From Prevotella sp. (GTDB lineage Bacteria > Bacteroidota > Bacteroidia > Bacteroidales > Bacteroidaceae), in the NCBI GenBank assembly GCA_017475005.1, contig JAFVGI010000039.1, positions 3,509 through 67,508 of the forward strand: DNA of 64,000 nucleotides, written 5' to 3'. Each line of letters opens with the position of its first letter. Within the stretch, counting starts at the first letter, position 1. A model generated the notes under the pieces. It made no database searches and was not told the origin of the DNA. It was given only the letters and a program-made list of their open reading frames with translations. The position numbers and the translations under genes were made by a program. Positions 41,908 through 51,063 of this stretch are shown here, piece after piece.

Positions 41908-43268
41908 ATTACGAGATATATTGATATAACCGATAAAATCGACGAAAATACTGTTCTTCTTATTCCTTCTGAGTATTTTAGTATAAAAGCCATCGCTATT
42001 GGCAGCACCCATAAATAGTGGGCAGACATTATCGCCATTTCGTTGATGCCAAAGCCGAGTCCCAGATGCAAGGCCATATCGATAGCAAAGCATGCAAGAC
42101 ACAACCCCAGGAATCTGCTATGTCGTCCCATCCATATTCCCGCAGCGAACAGCAATACCAGCAAGCCCTCTACTATATAATTGAACCAGTTGATATAGCG
42201 CACTATTACAGGTCTGTTTACCAGCACATCCATCAGCAGATAGTCTTCATGTATCATGATGCCCTCACCAAAAAGACATTCAACTGCCACATCCCAACGA
42301 TTTGTTGTGACATCTGTCCAACCAATGAATTCACCTTTTGCCATCGGCTTACCTGTATGCTTATAGGCGGCACTCATTTGGTATCTGCGAGTTCTCTTTT
42401 CCTTCAACTTCTTCTCGATGCTGTCCCGCTTCGCCTCTCCATATTTCGCTACCAGTCGTTCCAGCTGTGCCTCCCGTTTCTTGGCAGCCTTCTCCTTGTT
42501 GGCAACCTCTGTTGGTCTCACGAGATAATGATACGTCAGTCGGGCACTTCCCCACACCATTCCTGACAGCGCCAGAAGAGTGATGAAATAATACGGGAAG
42601 GACTTCTTGCCCTTCGACAGAAATGCTACAGCTATTACCTTCAGACCATTACTCAGTGTCACTCCAGCAGTAACTACAAACAGCAGACAGGCATCCAGAA
42701 CAGTTGCCTTTTTCTGTTTCTCTGGTACTATAGCCCTTTCCCTTCCGAATATGTACAAGGTTGCCAGCAGGCAGCACATCGACATGATGAAGTGGTCAGG
42801 TGCAAAGGAGGCAAGCAGAATGTATGCAAATGAGAATGTTAATGCAGAAAGGATATAGCCTTCCTTGCGCTTTATGCCGATGATATCGGTAAAAATGCGA
42901 TTCAGGAATACGAAAGAATACACACTACAGAATATCAGCAATGCTGCTGTCACATACATCACGCAGTTGTATCCTGTCAGCCACATCAGCCCCTCGTTAA
43001 TCTTCGTGAAAGGCCACATAAAGTATGGCAGCAATGGATGGCGATAAATGTTATACCCTACCCTCCAATCCGTAATGACAGCATAAGTTATAGGGTCAAA
43101 GCCCGATATGCGCCATGTTTTAAAGAAAAGCCCCCAAGTATCGCCACTCTTCACGCTCAACTCCCCAGCATAGCGCACTATGTTGAGAATATTAAGCATC
43201 AAGGCCACCAAGAAAGCCACAATAGTGCCCCAGCGCTCCTCTTTCCTTATCTTAAATGACGACAACAA
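41868..43268 (-). CDS. DUF6080-like polytopic membrane protein (paralog 1)
   Basis: SGFD, YRHPL, APDH, AGVTLSNG, IMSAHY. Confidence 0.7.
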   Translation of the reverse strand: MLSSFKIRKEERWGTIVAFLVALMLNILNIVRYAGELSVKSGDTWGLFFKTWRISGFDPITYAVITDWRVGYNIYRHPLLPYFMWPFTKINEGLMWLTGYNCVMYVTAALLIFCSVYSFVFLNRIFTDIIGIKRKEGYILSALTFSFAYILLASFAPDHFIMSMCCLLATLYIFGRERAIVPEKQKKATVLDACLLFVVTAGVTLSNGLKVIAVAFLSKGKKSFPYYFITLLALSGMVWGSARLTYHYLVRPTEVANKEKAAKKREAQLERLVAKYGEAKRDSIEKKLKEKRTRRYQMSAAYKHTGKPMAKGEFIGWTDVTTNRWDVAVECLFGEGIMIHEDYLLMDVLVNRPVIVRYINWFNYIVEGLLVLLFAAGIWMGRHSRFLGLCLACFAIDMALHLGLGFGINEMAIMSAHYLWVLPIAMAFILKYSEGIRRTVFSSILSVISIYLVIWNVILTIEFMYF

Positions 43269-43310
43269 AACTTTAAACTTTAAACTGTAAACCGTAAACT
43301 TTAAACTATA
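43266..43310 (-). repeat. Heptamer array (AGTTTAA variants) after the GT4 stop
   Basis: AAACTTTAAACTTTAAACTGTAAACCGTAAACTTTAAACT on + strand. Confidence 0.85.
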
Positions 43311-44434
43311 ATCTTTTCACTATAAACTTCAAGGTATCTCTTCACCACCGCCTCTTCGCTATAAGTCGCCAGCACCTTCTCTCTCGCTGCCTCTCCCAGC
43401 ATCTTGCGATTCTCCATCACATAGCCGATACCATCAGCCAAGTCTGCCGCATCCTTATATCGCGCCACATAGCCATTAACCCTATGATCTATCATCTCAG
43501 GTATGCCTCCGACCTTGAATCCCACACAAGGAGTGCCGCAAGCCATAGCCTCCATGATGGTATTGGGAAGGTTCTCCGATAAGGACGGCAACACGAAGAC
43601 ATCAACGCTATTGTAAAGCATAACCATATCCTCCATGTTTTCTATGTATGGAATGTCGCGTCCAAGGGCTATAAGTTCCACTTTCTCGTCGCCGTCGAGT
43701 TTCTTTACTGCTTCATCCAAGTAGTTCATACCCTTCATAAGGTTGTTCACGTTTTGTGCTACAAAGAGCACACGGCGACCATAGGTCTTGTCTTGGCGTG
43801 GTGCAAAAAGCGAGGTGTCTATGGGATTCGGAATGGTTTTTATAGGTAATAATGCCATCAGCGGACTACTAAGAGCTTCGTCCATTAGCCATTGACTGCA
43901 TGTTACGAATTGTATTTTGTTGAGGGAGTACAGTGCCCTCTTGCGTCGCCATGTCCAGCGTTCAAGAAATGTTTCCCTGAACTGTATGGCAATATGGTAT
44001 GCCCCCATGGTATTCCACGCATCGTGCATGGTCCACACTACTTTCTTGCCATCCTTTATAAACTGTCTTATTTGTGAGAGCGAGAGGAAACCCTGATTTA
44101 TCCAATGCAGGTGTATCACGTCGGCCTCATGATATTCCTTTGTCTTCGTGATGTCCTGACCAAAGAGGGCAATGTCTGTTGCCCACAAATCTTTCGTGGA
44201 GAAACCATTCAATGCCCAGATTACTGCTCGCTCAAGGATGCTTGTCCATGATTGTTTCTCTAGTTTCAGCGCCAGCTTCGGACAGAGTTTATGAAGGAGT
44301 TTTGGAACCTTAATGTTTCTACGGCACAGCATCTTCACCTCCACACCGTTTTTCTGCAGAGCCTCCATCAGCCTGCTGGCAGCAATAGCAGCACCACCTG
44401 CTTTCTCGTATGTCGATAGTATGAGGACTTTCAT
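43301..44434 (-). CDS. Glycosyltransferase family 4 (WcaC-like)
   Basis: GGAAIAA, IHLHWIN, WTMHD, ENLPNTIMEAMACG. Confidence 0.88.
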   Translation of the reverse strand: MKVLILSTYEKAGGAAIAASRLMEALQKNGVEVKMLCRRNIKVPKLLHKLCPKLALKLEKQSWTSILERAVIWALNGFSTKDLWATDIALFGQDITKTKEYHEADVIHLHWINQGFLSLSQIRQFIKDGKKVVWTMHDAWNTMGAYHIAIQFRETFLERWTWRRKRALYSLNKIQFVTCSQWLMDEALSSPLMALLPIKTIPNPIDTSLFAPRQDKTYGRRVLFVAQNVNNLMKGMNYLDEAVKKLDGDEKVELIALGRDIPYIENMEDMVMLYNSVDVFVLPSLSENLPNTIMEAMACGTPCVGFKVGGIPEMIDHRVNGYVARYKDAADLADGIGYVMENRKMLGEAAREKVLATYSEEAVVKRYLEVYSEKIIV

Positions 44435-44787
44435 ATTCTAGTGAAGAGTGAAGAGTGAAGAGTGAAGAATAAATTTCCTATTACGACTCCGATGGAGTTT
44501 GCAAGCAGGTCGGCCCATTCGCCACTTCTGCATGTTGTCAGATAAGCCTGCGCCAATTCTATCATCCCTCCCATCGCTATTGGCAGCACCACAGTGTGCC
44601 ACGAGATGCGTCTGAATTCATAGCATACCGCAAGCGAAAAGACCCCATACATCACAAAGTGTGTCCACTTGTCCAAGAGGTTAAATCCATGTAGCGGCTC
44701 AATGTCTGGGATAGGTAGCAGGCATACCACCCATATCGCCACCAGCAAGGTGCTTGAAAAGGGATATCTTCTTAAGCATTGTATCAT
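44431..44787 (-). CDS. VanZ-family membrane protein
   Basis: DKWTHFVMY, IELAQ, RSGEWADLLANSIG; promoter TACCTTCG at 44797-44804 favours this start. Confidence 0.8.
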   Translation of the reverse strand: MIQCLRRYPFSSTLLVAIWVVCLLPIPDIEPLHGFNLLDKWTHFVMYGVFSLAVCYEFRRISWHTVVLPIAMGGMIELAQAYLTTCRSGEWADLLANSIGVVIGNLFFTLHSSLFTRI

Positions 44788-44877
44788 ATCTGTCCGCGAA
44801 GGTATATCTTTTTTTCCAAACCACCAAATTTTCAAACAAAAAACTCACACAGACATCTAAATCTGTGTGAGCTTTAT

Positions 44878-45378
44878 TTACTCGTTCGGTTTATTAGTCA
44901 ATATACTTATTGTTTCGTCGAATTCTGTAAGAATCTCTTTCAAGCGCGGATTGCTCTTCTGTACAATAAGGGCAGCAAAATTACGTGTATTCCCATCTTG
45001 CACCTCTGCAGTTTCCATAATATAAGCATCGCGTCCTGCATAAGAATTAAACCAGCGAACAAACAGACGACTACGGAAAGCCTGTTTCCCATCACCTGTC
45101 TCGCAAATATACAAAAGGATGTCAGGATTTGAGGCAAAGAAAGCCTCAATAATACGGAAGATTGTAGCCTTTAAATCATCATCATTTGGGGATGGCTGAT
45201 TTCTTTCGTTATTAATAGTAAACTGATAGGCTCCTGTCGGCCAAATAGAATAGTCATCCATGAAACCAATTCTGAACAACAAGTCATACTTGGTTTCAAT
45301 AAGGTAGTCACGCCCGTTCTCTGTCCACACCTTATATGGAGCGAGACGATTTATGTACGCCAAGTCAAGGGCATTCAT
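44878..45378 (-). CDS. DUF6169-like protein
   Basis: YICETGDGKQAFRSRLF.RWF motif. Confidence 0.75.
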   Translation of the reverse strand: MNALDLAYINRLAPYKVWTENGRDYLIETKYDLLFRIGFMDDYSIWPTGAYQFTINNERNQPSPNDDDLKATIFRIIEAFFASNPDILLYICETGDGKQAFRSRLFVRWFNSYAGRDAYIMETAEVQDGNTRNFAALIVQKSNPRLKEILTEFDETISILTNKPNE

Positions 45379-45381
45379 GCT

Positions 45382-45528
45382 TCAGAGACTCAACTGTCTG
45401 CGTTCTTCACGAATTCTTTCAAACACTTCTTGTGTGTGTGCTTCCCATTCATGCTTTTTGCGAATGGACTCACGAAAAGCGGCAATCACCTCATCGCGGG
45501 TACGGTTTTTAAATGCTGCTGATACCAT
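45382..45528 (-). CDS. Small 48-aa helical protein upstream of DUF6169 (not in track)
   Basis: MVSAAFKNRTRDEVIAAFRESIRKKHEWEAHTQEVFERIREERRQLSL; promoter TAATTTTG at 45557-45564; stop 3 nt before the next ATG. Confidence 0.7.
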   Translation of the reverse strand: MVSAAFKNRTRDEVIAAFRESIRKKHEWEAHTQEVFERIREERRQLSL

Positions 45529-45712
45529 GATCTTTTTCTTTCTTTTTTTCCAGTTGCAAAATTAAGTATAAAAAATCAAACCACCAAATTTTCAAGAAAA
45601 AAACTCACACAGACATCTAAATCTGTGTGAGCTTTAATCTATTGTGAGCTAAAGGCTAATGGCCAAAAGCCTATATTAAAGTGAAATCCTAAAGTGTCAA
45701 TCTACTAAAAGA

Positions 45713-45755
45713 ATTCTTCACTCTTCACTTTTCACTCTTCACTTTTCACTCTTCA
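45713..45755 (-). repeat. (AGTGAAG/AGTGAAA)n-AAT heptamer array containing the stop of peptide A
   Basis: Directly visible. Confidence 0.9.
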
Positions 45756-45913
45756 TCATCAAAGTCTTCATCCCATCCAGAGAAGCGACTGCGGCGGGTT
45801 TGTATTCCACCTCCACTATAGTCACCTGTTCCTATCTGCGAGGTTTCCGTTAATAATCGTGCTGACTGAATCTTAACGACCATCAAGGTTGGATTCTTAT
45901 ATGTCTTTTTCAT
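45746..45913 (-). CDS. Small peptide A, 55 aa (not in track)
   Basis: MKKTYKNPTLMVVKIQSARLLTETSQIGTGDYSGGGIQTRRSRFSGWDEDFDDEE; paralog at 51367-51531. Confidence 0.85.
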   Translation of the reverse strand: MKKTYKNPTLMVVKIQSARLLTETSQIGTGDYSGGGIQTRRSRFSGWDEDFDDEE

Positions 45914-45935
45914 ATCTTATTTCTCCTTTCTTAAT

Positions 45936-48900
45936 TTATTTTATCTGTGCACCAGTAGCATTGTACTTCTTACCATTCTTGAAGATGAAGAGCTTTCCGT
46001 TCTTGAAGAACTTGCCGTCCTTCTGAACTGCCTCAACAGATGCCTTAGCCTCGTCGATTCCAGTAATGTCGGCACCGATTACTATGCGGAGACCACGAGC
46101 GCCATTGCTTGCTGTTGCATCCAAGTAAGCCTTACCTGCAGGGATCTCAACAGAATTACCAGCGTCAATGTAATTCTCCAAATTCTGGAACTCAGCAACA
46201 TCTGATGTTCCTGACTTTATACCAAGTACATAGATGTTAGCATAGTGTGCAGTCTCATTAGTGATAGTAGTAGCTGTTGGGCATCCTACGAGCAGATTAC
46301 CATCAATTGCGCTACCAGAAGGTACATATGGAACAATGATTATTGCACCAGCAGTACCCTTCAACATGATACCTTCGCCTTCAGCTACAGCTGCTTGATC
46401 AGTTGAAGTCATAGTAACAGTTTCTCCATCAACAGCAGAAGCATAGTATGCAGTTGCACCATCAAGATCTGACAAGTTAACGGCATTAGAACTTGCAAAT
46501 GTTGTCCAACCTGTTGCACCGATAGTTACAGAAGCGTAAGCATCACCTGTTCGAGTGTAAGTTATATTCTTATAGGATAGCCAAGAGATGTTGTTGCCAT
46601 CAGCTATATTGAAGTTTACATTGAGGACTCCATCATCCATCACATATCCTGTTGCCTCGTATTCCTTCATTTGGAATTGCGTTGTCCCAACTTGAACACC
46701 TTCTGTAACATCGACAGCAGTACTACCGTTTACATCCATCGTAATACCTGTAGCTTCAGTTGCAGCTACACCATTCTTTGCACGTACACGAACCCAAGCA
46801 GAAACCTTGTATATACCAGCTGAAAGACCCGTCAGTGTACCAGTCATCGTGGTAGTTCCAAGACTGTTACCATCATTTGTCCAGTTTTGGAAGAATGGAA
46901 CTACATAGTTACTACCATCACTTTCACCTTCTACAGACCAGTCGTTGATGGTATAGGCACCATCCCAAGTACTGCCAATATAGTTAGAAGCTGGAGTATT
47001 AGTAGCTTCAGAATGCCAGCCAACAGCTACAACACCTAAGGTTGCTCCTGCTGCTGCGGCATTCTCGTCAGACAATGTACCATTGGTATAAGGAGTTTTG
47101 ATAGCTGCTATTGCTTCTGCGAAAGTAGTAGCTGCTGCTGAAGTTACGAACGTGTTAGCAGTTTGCAGTTCCTCAGCTTTTGTGATTGCTACATTTGCTG
47201 CAGTATATGCATCCTTTGATGCCTGAGCGGCAGCAATTGCTACAGAAGCAGCATTGTAATTGGCTACTGTCTTGCTTGCTTCATATGCTGCTATAGCTGA
47301 TGTCTGAGCAGCAGCAACTGTTGCATTCATTTTACCTTCAACAGCAACAACATCAGGCAATCCTCCGAGATATGTAAGTCTGAAGTTATCAAATGCCAAC
47401 CAACTTGTACCACCAGATGCTGTAGCAACAACTGTAAGTCCAATCTTCAATTCGCTATTGGCATCAAGAGCAACATTAACAGAGTAGTCATTTGCAGCAT
47501 CAACTATAGAAATTGGCGTTGATACGCTGTTTGCGTAAAAGTTTGCAGAAGAAACATCACCACGAGCAAGAGCACTCATCTCAACTTTATAGACGCCAGC
47601 AGTTACAATATTCAATGTTTGATTGATTTCAATAGTTCCGTTTGGCTGATATCTTTCAGCAAAATAGGTTCCTTCCTTTTTTGTAAATGCTGTAGTATTA
47701 GGAAATACCAAATTGATATTGCTACCTGTGCTTTCAATTGTCCATCCTGCACTGCTTGCAGTTTCAAAACTGTGATTCGCTATACCCAAAGTCATATCAG
47801 AGTTTTCTGTTGTTTGAGCCAAAGCTGCTGTGCGCAAAGCTGCAGCACAGTTACTTTCCTGTTCAGACGTTACAGCAGTTAATGTCCTGGCATCATAGGC
47901 ACTTTGTATGGCAGCAACAGTCCCGTTTGCATCATAAGAGGCTTGTCCCGTAGCATCAAACGAAGAAGCAGCATCGAGAATAGCCAAAGCAGATACATAG
48001 TTACTGATGCTTGTGGTAGCAGCATCTGCTGCATTATTTAAAGCGTCAATTGCAGCAATAATATCATCAGAACTCTCAAACGTTGAGAACGCCTTATCAC
48101 CATAATCTGAAATAGCAGACTGAAGAGTACTGAGAACCGTTGCATTCATTGGTGCTGATTGGTTTATGCCTTTCGCATACGTTTGAGCATTAGCAAAAGG
48201 TGTCTCATACATAGATAAATCCTCGCCAAGATAATAGAGGCGGAAGTTATCTGCTTTATACCACCAGTGACCATTGGCATTATATGTACCGTCGGCATTA
48301 CCACCTACCGCACCAAGAGTTATGCTCTTGTTCGTTACCAAGACCTCAAAAGCGTAGTCATGGAAAGTTCCTTTTGTACCATGGTAAATAGTGATTAAAT
48401 CAGAATGAGTAGAAGAAGATGGACCTATCAAATAGAGTTTGGCATCATCATTATCATCACTACCAGCCAATGCTGCTTTTATAACGTATTTTCCATTAGG
48501 AACGTTTTCTATAGTTTGAGTAATAGGAACACCTTGCCACCAAGTGTTAAAGAGTTTGCTTCCATCAGTACCTGTTGTTGCGTAGTTTCCAGAATTATCT
48601 TTTACGCCAGTATCAGAGCTAGATCCGTGAGTCCAGCCTGTATCTCCTGATTCAAATGAGTTGTTGGCTATCTTTGATGTGTGATCTAGCGCATTTGAAG
48701 CAGAATAGATAAGTTCCAAATGGCTTACATACAGGTGAGGAGTGTTGCCAGACCCATAATTATTAGACCCCGTACCATATCCCAAACTAATAGTAACACT
48801 GCTTTCGGATTCCAACGAGAAAGAAATAATATGTTGCGTCCAACCTCTCTCTCCCATCATCCACTCTACACTTGTGTCTTCATACTTCGTTTCTCCAACC

Positions 48901-49295
48901 TGTACATAAAATCTGTTATCGTATACATCAGAAACTGTTGTAGAACTGTTCGTATTTTCTACGTCATAAGCAAGAAGATAATTACCAGCAGGCAGAGTTG
49001 CCGTTTGTGTAAATTGAGCGTAGTTAGTACTCCAACGGCACTGAATACCAAAGCAATACTCTGTTGCCAAATGAGTATCATCGGTAGTTGATGTTTTGTT
49101 GTTTGCTACTGCATACGTACCAATCAAGCCATTGCCTAATGACCAATAATCAGCTGAATGAGTCTGTGTCCACCCATCAGTTGACGAGAAATCTGCGTTC
49201 GTCAAATACGTACTCGTTACATCAACTTGCGCCATTGCATTACTTACACCCAGTAATAGGGCGAAAGTCGCGAAAAGTAGTTTTAGTTTTTTCAT
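45936..49295 (-). CDS. Large secreted surface protein with repeated beta-sandwich (CBM-like) domains, helical linkers and T9SS C-terminal sorting domain
   Basis: Signal peptide; repeated N.SFE...GW...DNFRL.Y domains; C-terminus ITGI...KDGKFFKNGKLFIFKNGKKYNATGAQIK. Confidence 0.8.
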   Translation of the reverse strand: MKKLKLLFATFALLLGVSNAMAQVDVTSTYLTNADFSSTDGWTQTHSADYWSLGNGLIGTYAVANNKTSTTDDTHLATEYCFGIQCRWSTNYAQFTQTATLPAGNYLLAYDVENTNSSTTVSDVYDNRFYVQVGETKYEDTSVEWMMGERGWTQHIISFSLESESSVTISLGYGTGSNNYGSGNTPHLYVSHLELIYSASNALDHTSKIANNSFESGDTGWTHGSSSDTGVKDNSGNYATTGTDGSKLFNTWWQGVPITQTIENVPNGKYVIKAALAGSDDNDDAKLYLIGPSSSTHSDLITIYHGTKGTFHDYAFEVLVTNKSITLGAVGGNADGTYNANGHWWYKADNFRLYYLGEDLSMYETPFANAQTYAKGINQSAPMNATVLSTLQSAISDYGDKAFSTFESSDDIIAAIDALNNAADAATTSISNYVSALAILDAASSFDATGQASYDANGTVAAIQSAYDARTLTAVTSEQESNCAAALRTAALAQTTENSDMTLGIANHSFETASSAGWTIESTGSNINLVFPNTTAFTKKEGTYFAERYQPNGTIEINQTLNIVTAGVYKVEMSALARGDVSSANFYANSVSTPISIVDAANDYSVNVALDANSELKIGLTVVATASGGTSWLAFDNFRLTYLGGLPDVVAVEGKMNATVAAAQTSAIAAYEASKTVANYNAASVAIAAAQASKDAYTAANVAITKAEELQTANTFVTSAAATTFAEAIAAIKTPYTNGTLSDENAAAAGATLGVVAVGWHSEATNTPASNYIGSTWDGAYTINDWSVEGESDGSNYVVPFFQNWTNDGNSLGTTTMTGTLTGLSAGIYKVSAWVRVRAKNGVAATEATGITMDVNGSTAVDVTEGVQVGTTQFQMKEYEATGYVMDDGVLNVNFNIADGNNISWLSYKNITYTRTGDAYASVTIGATGWTTFASSNAVNLSDLDGATAYYASAVDGETVTMTSTDQAAVAEGEGIMLKGTAGAIIIVPYVPSGSAIDGNLLVGCPTATTITNETAHYANIYVLGIKSGTSDVAEFQNLENYIDAGNSVEIPAGKAYLDATASNGARGLRIVIGADITGIDEAKASVEAVQKDGKFFKNGKLFIFKNGKKYNATGAQIK

Positions 49296-49585
49296 AAATG
49301 AAATTTTTTTTAGTTAATATAAAGTTGTTAGTAAAAAAAATCCGACGGGAAAACCTTGTCACAAGGTCCTTATTTCACTGATGGCATTAATGCCAATAAT
49401 TCGTACTTTAAAGTCTTAAATGTGCTACAAATTTAAGCATTTATAATATTAGATATAGGGATACATATATTAAAAATAATGCATTATGGCGATTTTTTAT
49501 AGTTTTTTGTCATTTTTGTAATCTCCAACTTACAAATAAGTATATCCTGCATTTAGTTGTGTTTTGTCCTCCGGATTGATTAGAT

Positions 49586-50049
49586 AGAAAAAAACCATAA
49601 AAACATCCTTTACACAGTTCGAGGTGCTGATTGCACCAATGTTGCAAGGTTCGTACTGCCTGCTGGCAAGCAAGCTTACCGACAGACAGCCCAACCTTCA
49701 CAACAGGCTCAAGCCTACGAACTTCTAAAGGCAAAAACACCGGCCTGAGCTCAACGCCGGCCTAGAAAACCGAACAATGTACAAACTATTTGTGAAATCG
49801 GGCTTGGCACGCTTCGTTAGCCGAAGAAAGCGGACAAGCCGAGCGAAGATATAAGCTGTAAGCAAAATTAATGTTTTTTTCTGCGAAGCAGGGTTTTTCT
49901 TTTTGAAAGTTTAATATCCGTACAGGATGGGTACTGATGTTGGAAGGAAGATGGTGGAAGTTTACTTACAATCAGATTCATGACAAAAGCAGGACATAAG
50001 CACAAAGTGCTAAACTTTCGAAAAGGGTTTTTATGGTTTTTGTTTAAAA
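49586..50049. repeat. Segment bounded by inverted AAAAACCATAAAAAC motifs
   Basis: AAAAAAACCATAAAAACATCC at left, GGGTTTTTATGGTTTTTTGTTTAAAA at right. Confidence 0.55.
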
Positions 50050-50056
50050 TAAGATA

Positions 50057-50117
50057 GAGATGGTTCGTAGATGGCTCGAAGATGGCTCGGAGATGGTTCG
50101 AAGATGATTCGGAGATG
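50057..50117 (+). repeat. 11-bp tandem array (AGATGGYTCGN x5)
   Basis: Directly visible. Confidence 0.9.
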
Positions 50118-50128
50118 TAATAGTTATT

Positions 50129-50293
50129 CTCTCCCGAGGAAAAAGATTTTTCCCCCTAGGGGAAATTTATGTTCAAGGCCTTTGAACATATGTACAAGGG
50201 CCTAAAACACCTGTCCAAAGCCCTTGGACATATGTTTCAGGCCCTGAAATGGAAAATATCTCTAGGGGAAAGAAAAAATCTCCCTCGGGAGAA
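50129..50293. repeat. MITE-like element with imperfect TIRs and four internal 21-bp palindromic units
   Basis: CTCCCGAGG...CCCCTAG / CTAGGGG...CCTCGGGAG ends; ATGTTCAAGGCCTTTGAACAT-type units at 50169-50252. Confidence 0.7.
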
Positions 50294-50374
50294 AAAGTTT
50301 TTGCCCTTTATAACAAAAAAACCTGCCCCTGCAAGAATTCTCTCGCAGGGGCAGATATTGTAGCTTCATAATGG

Positions 50375-50725
50375 TTATGCATTTAAGTGTTCCTTGGCAT
50401 AAGCGATAGCGAAATGAGAGAAGTATTTCTCTATGCCAGCAAGGCTTGTCGAATCTTTATTCAAGTATGCTTCAGCAAATTCACATCTGTTCAGGCAGAG
50501 TTCTCTAAGCATCGGGAACCGTCCTTTTTGCCCCTTCCGTCCGTGCTGTATTGTCAAATCATACAAATCGAGTGCACGAATGAATGCGCCTTCCGCAAGT
50601 TCGGATTTTCCCTTAGAAATCCACTTAGCAGTACGACCGACCTCACTGCCTATGTTCGCCATTTGTCCATTAAAAGACATCATGGCCCATCTCTCTGCAT
50701 CTGGCCGAGCTGGTAATTGCTTCAT
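50375..50725 (-). CDS. Hypothetical helical protein (QMANIGSEV motif), partner of DUF5674
   Basis: 116-aa ORF with ATGA overlap to the upstream gene. Confidence 0.7.
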   Translation of the reverse strand: MKQLPARPDAERWAMMSFNGQMANIGSEVGRTAKWISKGKSELAEGAFIRALDLYDLTIQHGRKGQKGRFPMLRELCLNRCEFAEAYLNKDSTSLAGIEKYFSHFAIAYAKEHLNA

Positions 50726-51063
50726 CGCTGGATATATTTATTTGTAATAGCTATAATGGACTTCTGAATCTGGACATCCTCAACATCGCGACTGAAATTG
50801 TTTTGTCGTGGACGAATATTTATAAGAGAATCAAATTCTATAAAGTCCTCTCCATCTAATTCCGGATAAATGTTATACCCCCACAAATCCTCCTGATTTG
50901 ACCCATCCTCCAGCAAGAGAGTTTCCAAGTCCGAATGCAAGTCTGAATCTAGGGCTACTAGTTCTCTCTTCACATCAGCCACTGCCTTAACCATATCACC
51001 ATAACGATTACTCGCCATTTCTATAATATCGCTAATCTTGACAGGTTCTTTTATTATAATCAT
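50722..51063 (-). CDS. DUF5674-like protein
   Basis: MVKAVADV, LH.D.E..LLEDGS.QEDLWG.NIYP, IEFDSLINIRP; promoter TAATTTTG at 51109-51116 with -33 TTTG 20 nt away. Confidence 0.75.
   Translation of the reverse strand: MIIIKEPVKISDIIEMASNRYGDMVKAVADVKRELVALDSDLHSDLETLLLEDGSNQEDLWGYNIYPELDGEDFIEFDSLINIRPRQNNFSRDVEDVQIQKSIIAITNKYIQR

Larger units (their letters stand above)
44817..45636 (-). mobile_element. Two-gene cassette bounded by 60-bp direct repeats (terminator + -33 element)
   Basis: 44817-44876 and 45577-45636 match at 58 of 60 positions. Confidence 0.6.

Noticed and set aside
41908-42102. Track N-terminal extensions (DUF6080 paralog 2; also rsfS, vanZ, uppS, kdsD, porG-like and four-helix-bundle genes)
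   Set aside because: They overlap upstream genes, promoters or repeats; downstream ATGs fit better
45746-45913. Complete lasso peptide biosynthetic cluster
   Set aside because: Only the leader-like YxxPxL motif is present; no cyclase, peptidase or RRE gene in the window, so it is kept only as a hypothesis
49510-49740. 76-aa ORF, and similarly 3390-3605 and 54146-54346
   Set aside because: No recognisable motifs; they lie within repeat-bounded non-coding segments
50169-50363. 64-aa ORF MFKAFEHMYKG...
   Set aside because: Translation of the 21-bp repeat element running into a terminator; no independent coding evidence
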